Positions 1 to 26,983 of a DNA stretch of 64,000 bases are shown here, one piece after another (the stretch's first letter is position 1; each line of letters begins with the position of its first letter). The translations under genes were made by a program, and so were the position numbers. The notes beneath the pieces were generated by a model. The model was not told where the DNA came from. It made no database searches and saw only the letters and a program-made list of their open reading frames with translations. Origin of the DNA: Chrysomallon squamiferum (Eukaryota > Animalia > Mollusca); contig CM022667.1 of the NCBI GenBank assembly GCA_012295275.1, positions 9,610,001 to 9,674,000 of the forward strand, given 5' to 3'.

Positions 1-1015
1 GAAAAGAAAAGACGATATTGTTTATAAAGTTTCTTTTACTGACTTACGAAACTGGCTCTTCTGACTGACTCAGTCTAATCTATTTTTAGAAATGTTACGA
101 ACCATAAAAAAGTAAAAAAAAAAAGAAAAGATAAATATGATTAAATTTTTTTTTTTTTTAAATAAAAAGATTCACGATTATATTCTGTCGTTGATATCTA
201 CTTAAATGATTAAAGGGCTGTTAGTGTTTAAAATGGAAGCTCTCAAACAAATTTTATCGCGAAATTCAACGACGAAAATGTCACTGTAGAACGTATTATC
301 GTTGTAATGTTTCACCGGAGTCAAGAGTGGTCATGACTGATAAAATGCAACTGCTATATTTTGGTTAAAGTTGTAAATTTTATAAAAGAAATAAAAAATT
401 TAAAACAAAAATGAGACACTGCTGTTTTTATTATTATTATTATTATTATTACTTTAAATAAATATCAAACAAATGAATCTGATTGCTAGAGAGAAATTAA
501 TGATTTTTTTAAATTATTAATGGCAAAAAATAGAAGTTTAATGTTAGAAGATAAAACTACTGTCTCTCTGTCTCTGTATATGTCTCTCTATCTGTCTATA
601 CATGTTTACCTGATGCTCTGAGGTATATTTATAATAAAAACACTCGAACGAAGTAACCAGACGGTAGTTAAAGTAGTCAACGAGAACATCATTATTATTT
701 ATTACTACAGTGGTTTTTTGGGGGGGGTTTCGGTTGTTGTTTTTTTCGGTTAGGTCTGTGTGGTATGTAAAATTATAATCTTCCATTCACTTATAGTATT
801 TTATATGTTTATGTAATGCAACGCCCAAACATATTTTTTTATTATTTTTTTTTAATCATCTTATAACTATACCCACTGGGACTATTTGGCGTTGATGCAG
901 GATACAGTTATTTCAGCAGTCGTGCAACGGCTAAGGATGAGTTCACTAAGTATTTTAAGCTCCAGCGATTTCGCCTACGTATTTTCTTATGAACCAAAAA
1001 ATACAGATAAGAATT

Positions 1016-1017
<2 letters not shown>

Positions 1018-1107
<90 letters not shown>
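1018..1107. repeat. (TAAA)n/(TAA)n microsatellite
   Basis: Direct inspection. Confidence 0.9.
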
Positions 1108-3015
1108 TAAATTAATAAATAAATTAATAAAAAGTATTTCGTGTGTTTGTATGTGTATATTTGTAAACGACTTGTTTGCATATTTCTCTTTCTGTATGTG
1201 TACGTATGGATTTTTGTATGTATATGTGTGTAGTTTTGTGTGTTTATGTGGTTGTGTATGTCTGTGTGTGTAAAATTATGGTTTCATAAATTAAGTTTAT
1301 TGTGGTCAGCCACAGAACGAGTTCATGGATCAGTTAAAATGAACCGCAGAATTAAGACTTTCATAAAACTGCCATAACGATTAGAACTGGAAACAGATGA
1401 ATGTATGTACCGACTGACTGATTGTTTCTGTGACAATTATCAAACTCTCTAATTGAAAAAAAAAAAAAAAAATTAAGGTATTTATTATTATCTTTGGCTT
1501 TATGTTTTTGTGTATGTGCGTGTGTGTGTATGTATGTTTGTTTGTATATATGTATGTATGTATGTATATATATGTATATATGTATGTGTGTATGTGTATG
1601 TATATATATGTATATATGTATGCGACTGTGTGTTTCTAAAAAAAGAAAAATCAAAAAAATTATTTAATATTTTTATGGTTTTTTTTTTTTTCAGTTTTCG
1701 TAAGATTAAGACGGGTGTCAGTTTATTTTAAATAACTTTTTTATCTCCAGATTTGATGCTGTTTCAGTTTTAATGGCGTTTCTCTCAGACATTCGACACG
1801 CACATTTTATCTTTGCGATAAAACAATCTGCACGTAGATTAAAACTGACCAAGAAAAGATCATGTAATGACAAAAACCAGATTAAAACAAGATGGTTATG
1901 ATCGTTTCTTTGATATTTTAAAATAAAGTTATAATCTATCATATAAAGGTTTTGGAGATTAGAGAACTGTTTTTGAAGTCGATGGAGATATTTTTGGTCA
2001 GTGAAAGAAAGAAATGTTGGAGATTAAGTGAGAAAAAAAAATTAAAAAAAGAAAAGAAAAAATTCAAAAGAAAGAAAGGAGGAAAATAGAAAGATCGAAT
2101 GAATGTAAGAAAGAAAGAAGCAAAGAAAGAAACAAAAAAGAAAGAATGGAAGAAAAAATTAAAATGTTAAGAAATAAAAGTAAGGCAGATTTAAAAAAAA
2201 ATGGAAAGAAACGAAAGAAAGAAAGATAGAAAATGCTAGACCTAAATAAAGGCTGGAAGAAAAAAGTTAAAGAAATATTAGAATGAAATAAAAAAATTAA
2301 AAATGGCGAAAAGAAAGGAAAAAATGAATGAAAAAAAAAAAAAAAAAAAAAAATCTAAAGAAACAAAGAAAAGTGAAAGAAAGAAGAAAAATGCCGTAAC
2401 CTAGATTAAAGTCAAATATTTCGAAAGTTCAGTATATTTGTTGTTGTTGTTGTTAATTAACATAAATTACTAAAATGACAGATAAAGAAAGAAAGAAGTT
2501 AAGAAAGAAGGAACTAAAAATAAAAAATAAAAAAACAGAGATAAAGGTAAATAAATAAACGTGAGACGAAAGGAAAACAAAAAATATGGCGGACCACACA
2601 AGGGAAACAACTCGGCTACTGAAACCGCAATCTTTGAACGGGGTAAAAGATAACATGCTACTTAATTGCTGCGGAGATTTGATAACAGTTTTCTCGACTG
2701 GATTCGCTCAGTTTGTCAGGACATGAGACATTAATACTATCTGTGTTTTATCACTAATGTCCCGGTAATAAGCGAAGAATGTCTGAACTGATAACCGAAT
2801 CGCTCTCCGGACCAAGATCTTTCAAAAATGCGGATGACGATCTTACACTGGTTTGTTTACTGAACCGGGACATGATTTAGTGACAGACGAGCGAAAGGTC
2901 GAAGCATCGATTCCCCAAGAATTTAATCTCGTTTCTTTGAGCTTTTCCTCTTTTCCTTTCTTTCTTTCTTCTTTCTTTCTATTTTAATAAGATAATCTAA
3001 TGTTTTAATCTCTTT

Positions 3016-3020
<5 letters not shown>

Positions 3021-3094
<74 letters not shown>
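3021..3094. repeat. (CT)n microsatellite
   Basis: Direct inspection. Confidence 0.95.
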
Positions 3095-3097
<3 letters not shown>

Positions 3098-3522
3098 GAT
3101 AAAAAAAAATGAAAAAAAACCAGTTATATTAATAGAAAATATGTTAATATTTTAGTCCAAAAGAAATTGTCGACCTATCATTCGTTTATATTAAATTTTA
3201 TATCAGAAATATTCCTTCGTATAATTTTGTAATATCTTTTCCAAATTGTAGAAATAAATAATGTTGTTTTGTTATTATTATTATTAATAGTAGTAGTAGT
3301 GGCGGTGGTAGTAGTAGTAGCATTACTAGTACTAGTAGTGGTAGCCTAGTATGAAATGTAAACATACCAAATCTTAAGGTAACAAAATATCGTAAACGTT
3401 TTTAATATTTATAAAAATAAGAACAAAAACAAACAAAGAAACAAAACAAAAGAGAAAAAAATAAATAAAACAAGAGCAGTAACAAAAGCTCGGATACGCA
3501 CACCAAATATTCTTATACTTAC

Positions 3523-3538
3523 CTAGAAAGTCAGCCAT
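3523..3538 (-). other. Possible first coding mini-exon (ATG GCT GAC TTT CTA G) of an unidentified - strand gene extending left out of the window
   Basis: Minus strand reads CAAAATGGCTGACTTTCTAG|GTAAGT: strong start context followed by a perfect donor. No downstream exon identified. Confidence 0.3.
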
Positions 3539-4536
3539 TTTGAATATCATAAAAAACAACATTATTTTTAATTTTTCACTATTTAAATCAGTTAAATCGA
3601 ACGATTTTTGTTTGTCTACAACCGGTTCCTCTTCAAACCATCAGCCATTTTGATTTTTCACGAAGAAAATTTTTCAAAAAGAAAAAAAAAGTAAACTCAT
3701 CATTAAATGAATACTGTTCCCTTCACTGTTTCTTTTTAAAATATATTTTTTCTAAAGGTTAAAAACTGTACACGAAAGCCTGGCTAACCCATTTGAGACA
3801 TAATTTTGAAAGATTACAAAACGAAATCCCGGCTTCTTTCTGTGAAGAAAACGAAATTGGACCTGACAAGTTAGAAAGATTTATGAGCCCGAAATACTCT
3901 CAAAAGGTGAGCAATTGAGTTTTCCCAATTAGTAAGACAGGGAAAGAAGAATCTCCAGAAAAATTTCTTGTTACGCAAAACGTTTAGCGTCAAATGACTT
4001 CCAGAACGAAAGAAGCAGACGTTTTAGTCATCAGAAGCAGACGAGAAAAGAAACTTCAACAAAGCAGCAAAAAAAAAAACAACAGAAAACAACAACAAAG
4101 ATAATTGTTAAAAAGTCAACAAAAACAATGTGTGTGTATGTGAGTGTTTGTTTTTGTTGTTTGTTGTGTGTGTGTGTGTGTGTGTGTTTGTGTAAAAAAG
4201 CACATCAAATAACTAATAAACAAAAAAAAAAAATAAAAGGAAGAATGAAAAGAAAAGAAACAGAAAAAGAACCAAATAAAAAACAACCAGGAAGTAATTG
4301 TTATAAAGATGAGTAGTTATAACTCAAACAACAACAACAATGACAACAACAACAGCAATAATAATAATAATGATGACAAATATTAATTTTTCTCTTCTGT
4401 AAATTAAACACACAATACTTGATCATTAGTACTATCTGATTTTTCTTTGCAGCTTCACAGAGAGAGAAAACGATATACAAAGAACAGTAATAACCAGTCA
4501 TTTGACAATGACAAAATATCCACACAACATTTCCAT

Positions 4537-4538
<2 letters not shown>

Positions 4539-4594
<56 letters not shown>

Positions 4595-4795
4595 CAGAAT
4601 GGATTTCTTAACATCTAAAACATTGATGTACATGCTATATCCGTAGCATTGTTTCAACAAGAAAAGCATGGGTAATTAGACATTTATTACTAACAAAGAC
4701 AGTTGTTCTCTTGTTGTTGTGTTTTAATATTCTGTTGCCCTCAACAAATAATGAAAATAAGAGAGATACAGAGAGAGACTAGTGAGAGACGAAAT

Positions 4796-4842
<47 letters not shown>
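4539..4842. repeat. (GT)n at ~4539-4592 and (GA)n at ~4802-4842
   Basis: Direct inspection. Confidence 0.9.
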
Positions 4843-4845
<3 letters not shown>

Positions 4846-5342
4846 GAATATGCAAATTATTTGTTAATATTTCATTATTGCTAGTCAAAGCGAGGATGTG
4901 AAATCATAAATAAATTACGTCATGACCTAAATTGTGCCAGGAAAATGGCGGATAAATACAAAAGACTTGCATTACGTCAGATTGATGAGTCTGCCTTACA
5001 TCTTATCTTAGTCAAAGCACGGATGTGAAAAAAAAAAGAAAAAAGTTAAAACATCACTCAGCTAACGATACAGTATTTTCTTGCTAGATAAAACGCGAAG
5101 ATTACACCAGTAAATGAGGGAACATGATTACAGAAATGATAATATGTAATTAAATCATTCAGACATTCATAAATACATACATGCATACATACACACACAC
5201 ATATATACTACATACATTCATACATACATAAAATATACGCACATACGTACAAAGACACATAATACACCCAAACATACACAAACAGATACACAATGCAAGT
5301 AAACATACATATACACCCCAGGCATACATACGTACACACATA

Positions 5343-5383
<41 letters not shown>

Positions 5384-6000
5384 GTAGATATTTTAATGCC
5401 TTTTACTTTCTTTTTTTTTTTTTTTTTTCTTTCTTTCTTTCTTTATTTATTTATTTATTTACTTACTTACTTACTTATTTATTTATTTATTTATTTATTT
5501 ATATTTACATTTCTATGAAAACATACATAAATGAATAAGAAAAACTGAGTCAAGGCTTATTTATTACCATCAAAGACTGGTCTAGTTAAAAACAAACAGT
5601 CACTTGTACTGTAAAACACATTTTAAAATCAAAAGAACAAAAATGTTTTTCATAACATTCTTTTCGTTTACTCGTTCAAAGATTATTAGCAATAAAAAAT
5701 AAAAAAGTTTGCAAAGTGTTTTTCAAATTAAGATAGTGCGAGTGAACGTTTTAATTAACTTAGTTTTATCCTCGCTGCTTGATTAACCAAAACATCCTCG
5801 TTCATTACTGAAAGATGATAAGAGAGCGTACGTAATAAAAAGAAAAAAAAAAAGTGAAAGAAAACAACAACAAAAAAAGTCTGGCAAAAGTTAAAGCAGC
5901 TTAAAAAAATAATAATAATAAAAAAAATAAAACAAAAATAAATATAAATGAGTAAATAATAAATAAATAAATAAATAAATAAATATAAATAAGTAAATAA

Positions 6001-6039
<39 letters not shown>

Positions 6040-6855
6040 GCAACAAAAATAACTCGCCATTTATTCTGAGGATTTCCCAACTAAAAAATTAAAATGTATA
6101 CATCAGATATTTTTTAATTATTATTCTTTCTGTCTGTATATATTTTCTTTTCTTTATTTTATTTTATTTTTTGTTTCGCTTTATTCGTGACACGTATACT
6201 TTTTTAATTTATGTATTTTTCGTGTTAAATAAAACACAGCTGTGTAAAATCGTTTTTATGTACGTTTTATTTCATTTAAACATCACCAAAAAAGAAAAAA
6301 AGAAAAACACGTGTATATATGAAAAAAAAAAAGAAAAGAAAGAAAAAAAAACGGTTAATTTTTGCCGTTAACAGCAAAAACAGATTTATCTTGGAATAGA
6401 CTGTTACTAATCTGATAGCGTAGTGCAGTGTAATAACACGGTTATAAAAAAAAATGGCTGAAGAGAAAAAAAAAAAAAAAAAAAAAAGACAATGACATAA
6501 AAAAATAAAAAATAATAAAGAAAAAAAGAAAGAAAGAACAGAAAACAACACTTAACTACCTAAGATTGCCCTCCTCAGTTCTGAGTTTGTAATTAGTTTG
6601 GGCCACGAAATTAGAAAACTGTCATAAAATGACGGAACTCAGGTAGTGGAGTACGATAGATCAGTGGTAGGTTTTAACTTCAGCTCCACCGTTTACCGTG
6701 CAGATCAGATTTCCGACAGATCGGAGCAATCAGCTGGAAATCTGCTATTTTTGTTTATAATGAAAGAGCGGACTTTCGACAATTTACAGCAAATAAAACA
6801 CAGTATCTCCACATCCTGGCATAGCGTAGCTTTTATAGAAAAAAAAGGTGCCTGT

Positions 6856-6863
<8 letters not shown>

Positions 6864-6942
<79 letters not shown>

Positions 6943-7281
6943 GGACTATCATTTTTAGTTTTACATTTCACGTACGTAATTGCGCCTCAGAAAATTTGAA
7001 AAAAGGGTTGTCCATGTACTCCCTCTCAAAACTTATTATTTGCAAAGGTTTTTAATTCAAAATAACTTGACAGTTCAGAATGCGTTGAGCTTTTGGTGTT
7101 TTTATGAATCTGTACATCTTAAATCAGTGTAACATCTCGTAACATACCACTTTACTATTACACTATTACAGTGGAAAAAATATTAACATAGATACTACGT
7201 TAAAGCAAATCTGCAGAGAGAGATTATTATTAAAAATGTTCAGATATTGAATTACTTAGATAAACTACTAAACACAATTTG

Positions 7282-7350
<69 letters not shown>

Positions 7351-7674
7351 TTCATCAAAGAATATTTGAAATATAATCATTACGTCATTCATGACATTTT
7401 CCGACGGAAGTATGAAATAAATATGTAAACATACACATTTTCAGGTAATCAAAGGTGAAAATATGTATATATATAAAAAAATATTTATGAGCCTTTCAGT
7501 CATTTATCAGTCTCTTCCTGTATGTCTGTTTAGTTTTGTATTTCTGTCTGTCTTGGTGGTAGGGGTCCTTGCGATTTATGTACGCTGTGGGTTGTTGTTG
7601 ATACGTTAATAATTTGTTTTTGGTTATTTATGTAGGGCCAAAGTGTTTCTTTGCCTGTAATACTATCTCTCTGT

Positions 7675-7751
<77 letters not shown>
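6864..7751. repeat. Microsatellite cluster: (GT)n(GA)n ~6864-6941, (GA)n ~7284-7349, (CT)n ~7678-7751
   Basis: Direct inspection; source of the spurious CVCV/ERER/SLSL ORFs. Confidence 0.9.
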
Positions 7752-7754
<3 letters not shown>

Positions 7755-8611
7755 TTTATCGATCCTTCTCGTCCTTTTTTTTTCATTTACCCTTGCTAAA
7801 TTATTGGGTGGTTTTCTGTGGCAGTGTGTTTTAACACTTTTCTGTTGAATCAATCCACTGATACAGAAACCAGCCCCCAATTACTAAACAAACACCATAA
7901 CACACATGTGCGATGTTCTTGTTGTTAAACATCGGTGGTTATTACTTATTATACACCCCATAAATATCGCAAAAATAACTTACCACAATTCCTGCTGGTT
8001 TCTTGTGCAAACATTAACATTTCTTTCAGCCAAATCAGTCCTCCATAATTATGACGTTCAAAAGTGAATGGAGTGTGGAAAGAAAAAAATGATATTAAAA
8101 AAGAAGATGAATAAAGAAACAAAACTGTGTGTTTTTGGTGTGTTGGTGTGTGTCAGTGTATAAATAAATAAATATGGAGAATTATTTATGCAGTCGTCAG
8201 TAAATAAGGTATTGTAAATAAATATACGATGTAAATAATAAATAAAATATAAAAGATAAATATAAGGGTAACACGACGTGCAGTAACAAATGCATAACAA
8301 GAGATTAAATGAATATTAATTTTTTGTTGTTGAATATTGATACAAAGATGCCTCAAGTATGTTGCTGTTAGTTTTGTGTAAAAATCATAAAGAGTACAAT
8401 GTTTTACATGCTATTTTTATCTATTAGCAGCAAGTAATTTTCAAAATTCACCTTCCCACACACAGGAAAAATACACCACGGTCTGTGATAAATCAGACGT
8501 GAGGCATTGACTGAAATAGAAACAGACATGACGATTTAATACTAACGAACTGTAAACAAACTATAAAATTACTTAACTTTTAAAATATTTCTAGATTCAT
8601 AAATAAATACA

Positions 8612-8647
<36 letters not shown>

Positions 8648-8984
8648 AAAAACAAGCCACAAAAAAAGAAAGAAAAAAAGAAGAAGAGATAGACACAAGA
8701 TTACGACTGACTCATCAGCTTGAGAACGTGCATTCATACACGCACGTACACGTTCAGTAAAATCAGGAGCACATTCTAGTTTTAGATGAACATACATTTG
8801 ATTAATGCACAAGAAACACGAACATTTTGGAACAGTCAAAGAAGCGAATAACAAATACTGTTATTTTAAAAATCAGTTTTTATTTTTATTTTTACTTAAT
8901 GATCAGATGAGAAGAATCACCTTGAAACAATTTAATTAATTAGCAGCAAGGAATAAGCTTACCAATGTCTTCCCATTGTAAAAT

Positions 8985-10032
<1,048 letters not shown>

Positions 10033-10833
10033 ATGAGACAGAGTGCGTGTGTGGATGTGAGTGTGCGTACGTGTATGTGTGGAGTAGTTTATCATTGTTT
10101 GTTGTTGTTGTTGTTGTTGCTGTTTTACAATACATACTCCTGACCTTGGGTTGCATTTGTTTGATACTCAACTTTTTATTATTATTTTATTCCTTTTATT
10201 GCAATGAAATTTAGGGGTTTCGTTAATGGTTGAAATTCATAAGGAATTATAAATTAAGAAAAACAAAACCAATCAACACTAATGCATGTCCTAAAAATCA
10301 TACTGACGTTAAATAGACAAGGCCTGCGCAGTAATTAAAATTAGCTATTAAATATTAGTTGTAAGTTTATAAACATTGGTAGGGGGGAAATGTAATAATT
10401 AAAATAAATATATATATATAAAACAAAGAAAAAAGCAAAGCACACCTTCTGCGCCTCATTTGCTGATTCATTTTTGTAATTTGAGAATAGTTGTTTTTTT
10501 CTTTCTTTCTTATAAAAAATGAAAAACAAAATAAACTAAAATACAAATAATTATCTTGTAATGCATACTTCAAAGGCAACACTGATAAAGAGATAACTTT
10601 ATATTTATCTTTTTGAAAATAAGATCTTCTTCTTCTTCTTTTCTCCCGTATGTATACGATTCTTCATATACTGAGATTTTATTTCGGTAGATTTGTCCGA
10701 AAAAATTATTATTTTTTTTTAATTAAATTATTTTTTTTCTTTCTTTCTTTTCTTTTTTTCATTTTTTTTTCAATAGATTTTGAAACTAAAATTATTTATA
10801 CTTCATTCATTCACTTGTCTTTTGTTAGTTCAC

Positions 10834-10887
<54 letters not shown>

Positions 10888-13308
10888 GCAATAATAAAAA
10901 AAAAAAAATGAATAAATAATTGAATAAAAATAAAAAGGAATAAAATTATATAATGATAAAAAGTAAAAAAAAAAAAAAATAATAATAAATATTACCAATA
11001 TAAATTAACAATGAATCTGACGTCTCCGATTGTTGTTTCTGCAACACTTAAATGACATTGTAGATACAAGATGTGACGTCACACAATCGCCATTACGTCA
11101 GCAGAGATGAATAAGATAAAGGTGAGTGATAAAACCTCATTAATGATTCCAGTATGTGATTTTTACCTTTAGTGACCTCTGTATTAAGGGTGTGGTTTAA
11201 TGTAATTACATCTGACGTTAGGGGGTGACCTTTAGGTAGAGTGAGAACAGATATTCAGTCGAATCCCAGACAGTGTTTTAGAAACTACTAGGGTACGCTA
11301 AAGTACGCCATGGTGAATATGGGCAGGGAGAGGATACTGATGCTGTCAGAACTTTTTTTTTTTTTTAAATCTGAAAATGCAGTTTGTCATTGAGGGAAGA
11401 CTTATAAATAAATAAATAAAAGGGGGAAAGAAAGAAATACCGAATTATCTGTTACCTACACAAAAATTCAGCCCTAACGTAACAATTTGGAATTCAAGAA
11501 AATCAGATAAAAAGTCATTAATTCATTAAAGAAATATTTGTTTCATTTTATTTATTTATTTATTTATTTATTTATTATTATTATTAGTTTTATTATTATT
11601 AATTTTTTGTTTTTGGCTATTAAGATATCTCAATATATTATGAAATTTGTGTAAAATATAATTAGTTTAATTATAGAAAATGTAAAACAAGTCAACTGCT
11701 AAATAATTTGCTTGAATGTACTGGAGAAAATCAAAACAAAAGACATTATTGTAAAAAAAAACAATTTTTATTTCCCACATATTTGTTACAATACTGCCCC
11801 AAATACATCAAATATACAACCCACAGATTCATCACGGCACCAACAATTTGCATATCAGTGCATATACGTCTATTTTAAATATTTATCTTTTCTTTTCTAC
11901 TTTTTTCCACGAGTATCACAGTTTTAACAGTAAACTACTTTCATTCAGTGTACAGTTAGTGCTTTACTGTCTCTAAGTAGACAGATTCTGCTTGTCTAAC
12001 TGTCCACACTTTCTTAGCTATTAGCTGTCAACCATTTCTAGGTGGACAACCTGGTTATCAGCTGTTACATGCCCAGTTGTTCACAAACGTGTGTGCCAAA
12101 AGAAATATATTTTCTATTTAATACTAAAAGCTTGATTTTTAAAGCCAGCATTATGGGCTTTATATATTAAGTTAAGGAACAAAAAACTGATAACTGTATT
12201 ATAACAATATTTTTAAAATTTCTTTTGCTGATTGGAAATAAATATTTTCTATACCACACTACATCTGACCCACTGGCGTGATGATATATTGATACTATCC
12301 TCCATAGTTTAAAACTTTTTTCTTTTACTTACTTACACTATTTTTTTTTTTTTTATTATTAATTATTATTTAAATTCTTAAACATATTTATCAGTTTATT
12401 ACATCTGAAGCTGTTTTCAGAACAGTGTTCACCCCCATTTAACAATGTACCAATAAATAAATAATATGATGATTAATGAAGAATAATTATGAAAATAAAT
12501 ATAAACTAAAATATTGTATACATAATATTTGTATTAACAAATTAAATAACTTATTTGGGCATTTATTTTTTTTTTTTTTTATGACAACAAAAGAGGGAGT
12601 TATACTGAATTATTTCTAAATAATATTATTGAAAATATTTATTTTCTATGAAATCAAAATATCTTAGAAACCAAACCAAATTATATAAACCCAAGAGAAT
12701 AAATATTTATTTTTACATTTTTTTATGGGGTGTGTGTGTGTTTCTTTCTATAATAATGTATAACTAAAAAATACTGTACAAATAAATATAAATTCATTTG
12801 CTGAAATAAAAATGTTTTAAAAATATAGCACTGGCTATATAAATAAACATTTCTGATAACAAATTTTTGAATAAATTTTCAAAGTAAATTATTTAGTGTC
12901 CATTTTCTGCTGTATAACTACCACAAGGAAAAAAAAAAAAAATAAAAAAATAAAAATAAATAAATATCATGTTAAGTAATATATACATATAAAAGTAGTT
13001 ACAAATCAAGAAATTTTTTAAATTAATAAATTATATAATTTTTATTTTTATTTTCTTATTTCATTTCTTTCTTTATTTATCTCACTTTTTATTATTATTA
13101 TTATTATTCTTTTTTCTAAGTTTATTTATTTATTTTATTTATTTAATTTTTCTTTTTTTCTTTTTTCCAGTGTACTTAAAATGAAGTTAGTTTTGAAATG
13201 ATTTATAATTATTGAAAAATGAATGATATTGTTTCATAACAAAAATTAAAGTTTCTTTAAATAATACACTTTAACAACAACAATAATAAAAAAAATTAAA
13301 ACCGTATG

Positions 13309-13367
<59 letters not shown>

Positions 13368-14388
13368 AAAAAAAAAAAATTAAAATCAAGAAAAACAGAA
13401 AACAAAAACATCCAGTATAATGAATATTATGCATAGTTTTCAACACTTGGATATTACAAACTATTACAAAGTATTTTCTAACAATGTATAGCAAATTTAT
13501 TTTGCTTGTATAAAGAATTTTGGAATTCATAATTACTTTGAAATCCATTATTAATTTATTTACATTTCACCCATTCATTCATTCATACATACATCTGTCT
13601 GTTTTATAATATTAATTAATCATTCATTCTTCCATCAGTTTTCACTCAGTTATCAACTGTTCCATTCCATTCATCCATTCTTCATTTTCTTTTCTTTCTT
13701 TCTTTTTTTTTAATTATTATTATTTTTTTTATGATCATTAATACTTCCAATTTTTATTAATACTTTCATCCACTCTTTCAGCTTATATCTGAAGTGATAT
13801 ATCCAACTACTAATCTGGAATCTCATCAAAATCAAATGATTTCTGCTTTTCCAGGATTTATCAAGTACCGAAATGCAAAAAACCTTAATACTCAAAACAC
13901 ATCTTCTCTGACATGAAATTTATACTTGGTCCTGCACATTGTTGAGAAGTTTCTGGATATTCATTTACTCAATACTCAAGGAAACTGACTCACGATATGA
14001 CATTTTCAATGCATCAGTGATCGCATGAATACAACATAAACATTTGGTTGTAAATCAGATCTTTGTTGGCATGGAAACCACTTCGTTAGCTGCCTCTTCT
14101 ATTTATTGGAATTAAGAGATTAGCTTCTGAAAGACTTGGGTGAAATCTGATGAAATCAACATGAAATATGAAGTTGTGACTACAAGCTGACAGCCATGGC
14201 TAGGCTGATGTCATAACAGTTAAAATGACATCATAATACCTTGGATGACATCATCAACTATGTTTTCGATGATGTCATAGCATAATCATTTGACATGGTA
14301 ATGACATCATAATGTGTGATATGTCTCTATGAGATGATGTCATAAACATTAAGATGGCAAAGTAACAGTTTCTAAAAGCTAATCAGTA

Positions 14389-25949
<11,561 letters not shown>

Positions 25950-26500
25950 TTTGACACCGATGATGATATTTCTGAACAACAAGTTATGTTCTATGTTTAG
26001 CAACAAAAATAAATATTTGAAAAAACATCTCGAACTTTGTATTCTTCTTAAAATATATATTGAAAAAAAAATAGGTAGGAAGGGTATTATTTAACTGATT
26101 GATATATATTTTAAGTTTTTTAAAGAAAAGTGTAAAATATACATAATCTTCAGCAACATTTTCATACCCTGTCTTATAAGTAATATAATTAATTCATAAG
26201 CAAACTCATCTAAAATATAAATTAGTTAACATACACACATTATTCATTAACACTGTGATATTTATATATGCTTGTTATATTATATTTTTGTTTTTGTTTT
26301 GTTTTTTGTTATAGAAGTATTGGCGAGTATTGATACGAAATGTGTCATAAGTTGTTTAGAAGATACATGTTGGCTGCCTTTCGGGTAACGGAAGCGTACC
26401 CGGCACAGCATAGCAAGGAAAATGGCTGGATTTAGAATTTAATATTTAATCCGATGACATCAGAGTTAGAGCGAAACATTTATGCATATTTAAATTAGGT
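25950..26500. promoter_or_regulatory. Bidirectional COG4/SF3B3 promoter region, probably including a non-coding SF3B3 first exon (~26380-26498)
   Basis: Divergent start codons at 25949 (-) and 26984 (+). CpG is locally retained. ETS-like CGGAAG (~26388) and YY1-like AAAATGGC (~26419 and at the COG4 ATG). A TTTCAG acceptor sits 4 nt before the SF3B3 ATG, implying an upstream non-coding exon; candidate donor AG|GTTTGT at 26499. Confidence 0.6.
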
Positions 26501-26983
26501 TTGTTGCACATTATGTTTTAAAGAAAAGAATCAAAATATTAGTTTGGTTGTTTTGCTTTCCAAGTAAACTGTTATGAAGATGCAGAAGTCGAAATTCCCG
26601 CTTGCATTTTAGTTTTTAAAGCAAGAAGCATTTGTTGAAATAAAATAAAATTGTCACATTTAATAGAATGAGTATTTTGTTATTTGCGATAACATATTTT
26701 TAATTGACTCTCTTTATTATTATTATTATTTGTGCAAGGTTGCCTCCTCTTTTAGTACTAATTAACAGAAGTATCCCGGTCATATTCGTGAATAATATTT
26801 TTATAGTATTTATTTTTGGATGATAAAACAAAAGAAACAAAAAAAGAATTTAGTATAAACAAAATTTAACTCAACATTTTCATGTACATAGTGCATTTGC
26901 AAGTTTTTCATCTATAAATTATATAAATTAACGAAGTTCAGTTTTAGTGTATGATAAAATAAATAAATTTCTGTTTCAGTACA

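Noticed and set aside
3515-3526. ATACTTACCT as a U1 snRNA 5' end (also ~46707 and ~63456)
   Set aside because: No further U1 sequence follows; it is simply the complement of a splice donor.
3763-3918. Protein-like reading frame (...FERLQNEIPASFCEENEIGPDKLERFMSPKYSQK) ending at AAG|GTGAGC
   Set aside because: The nearest strong acceptor (3757) leads to stops in all frames, there is no recognisable homology and no partner exon.
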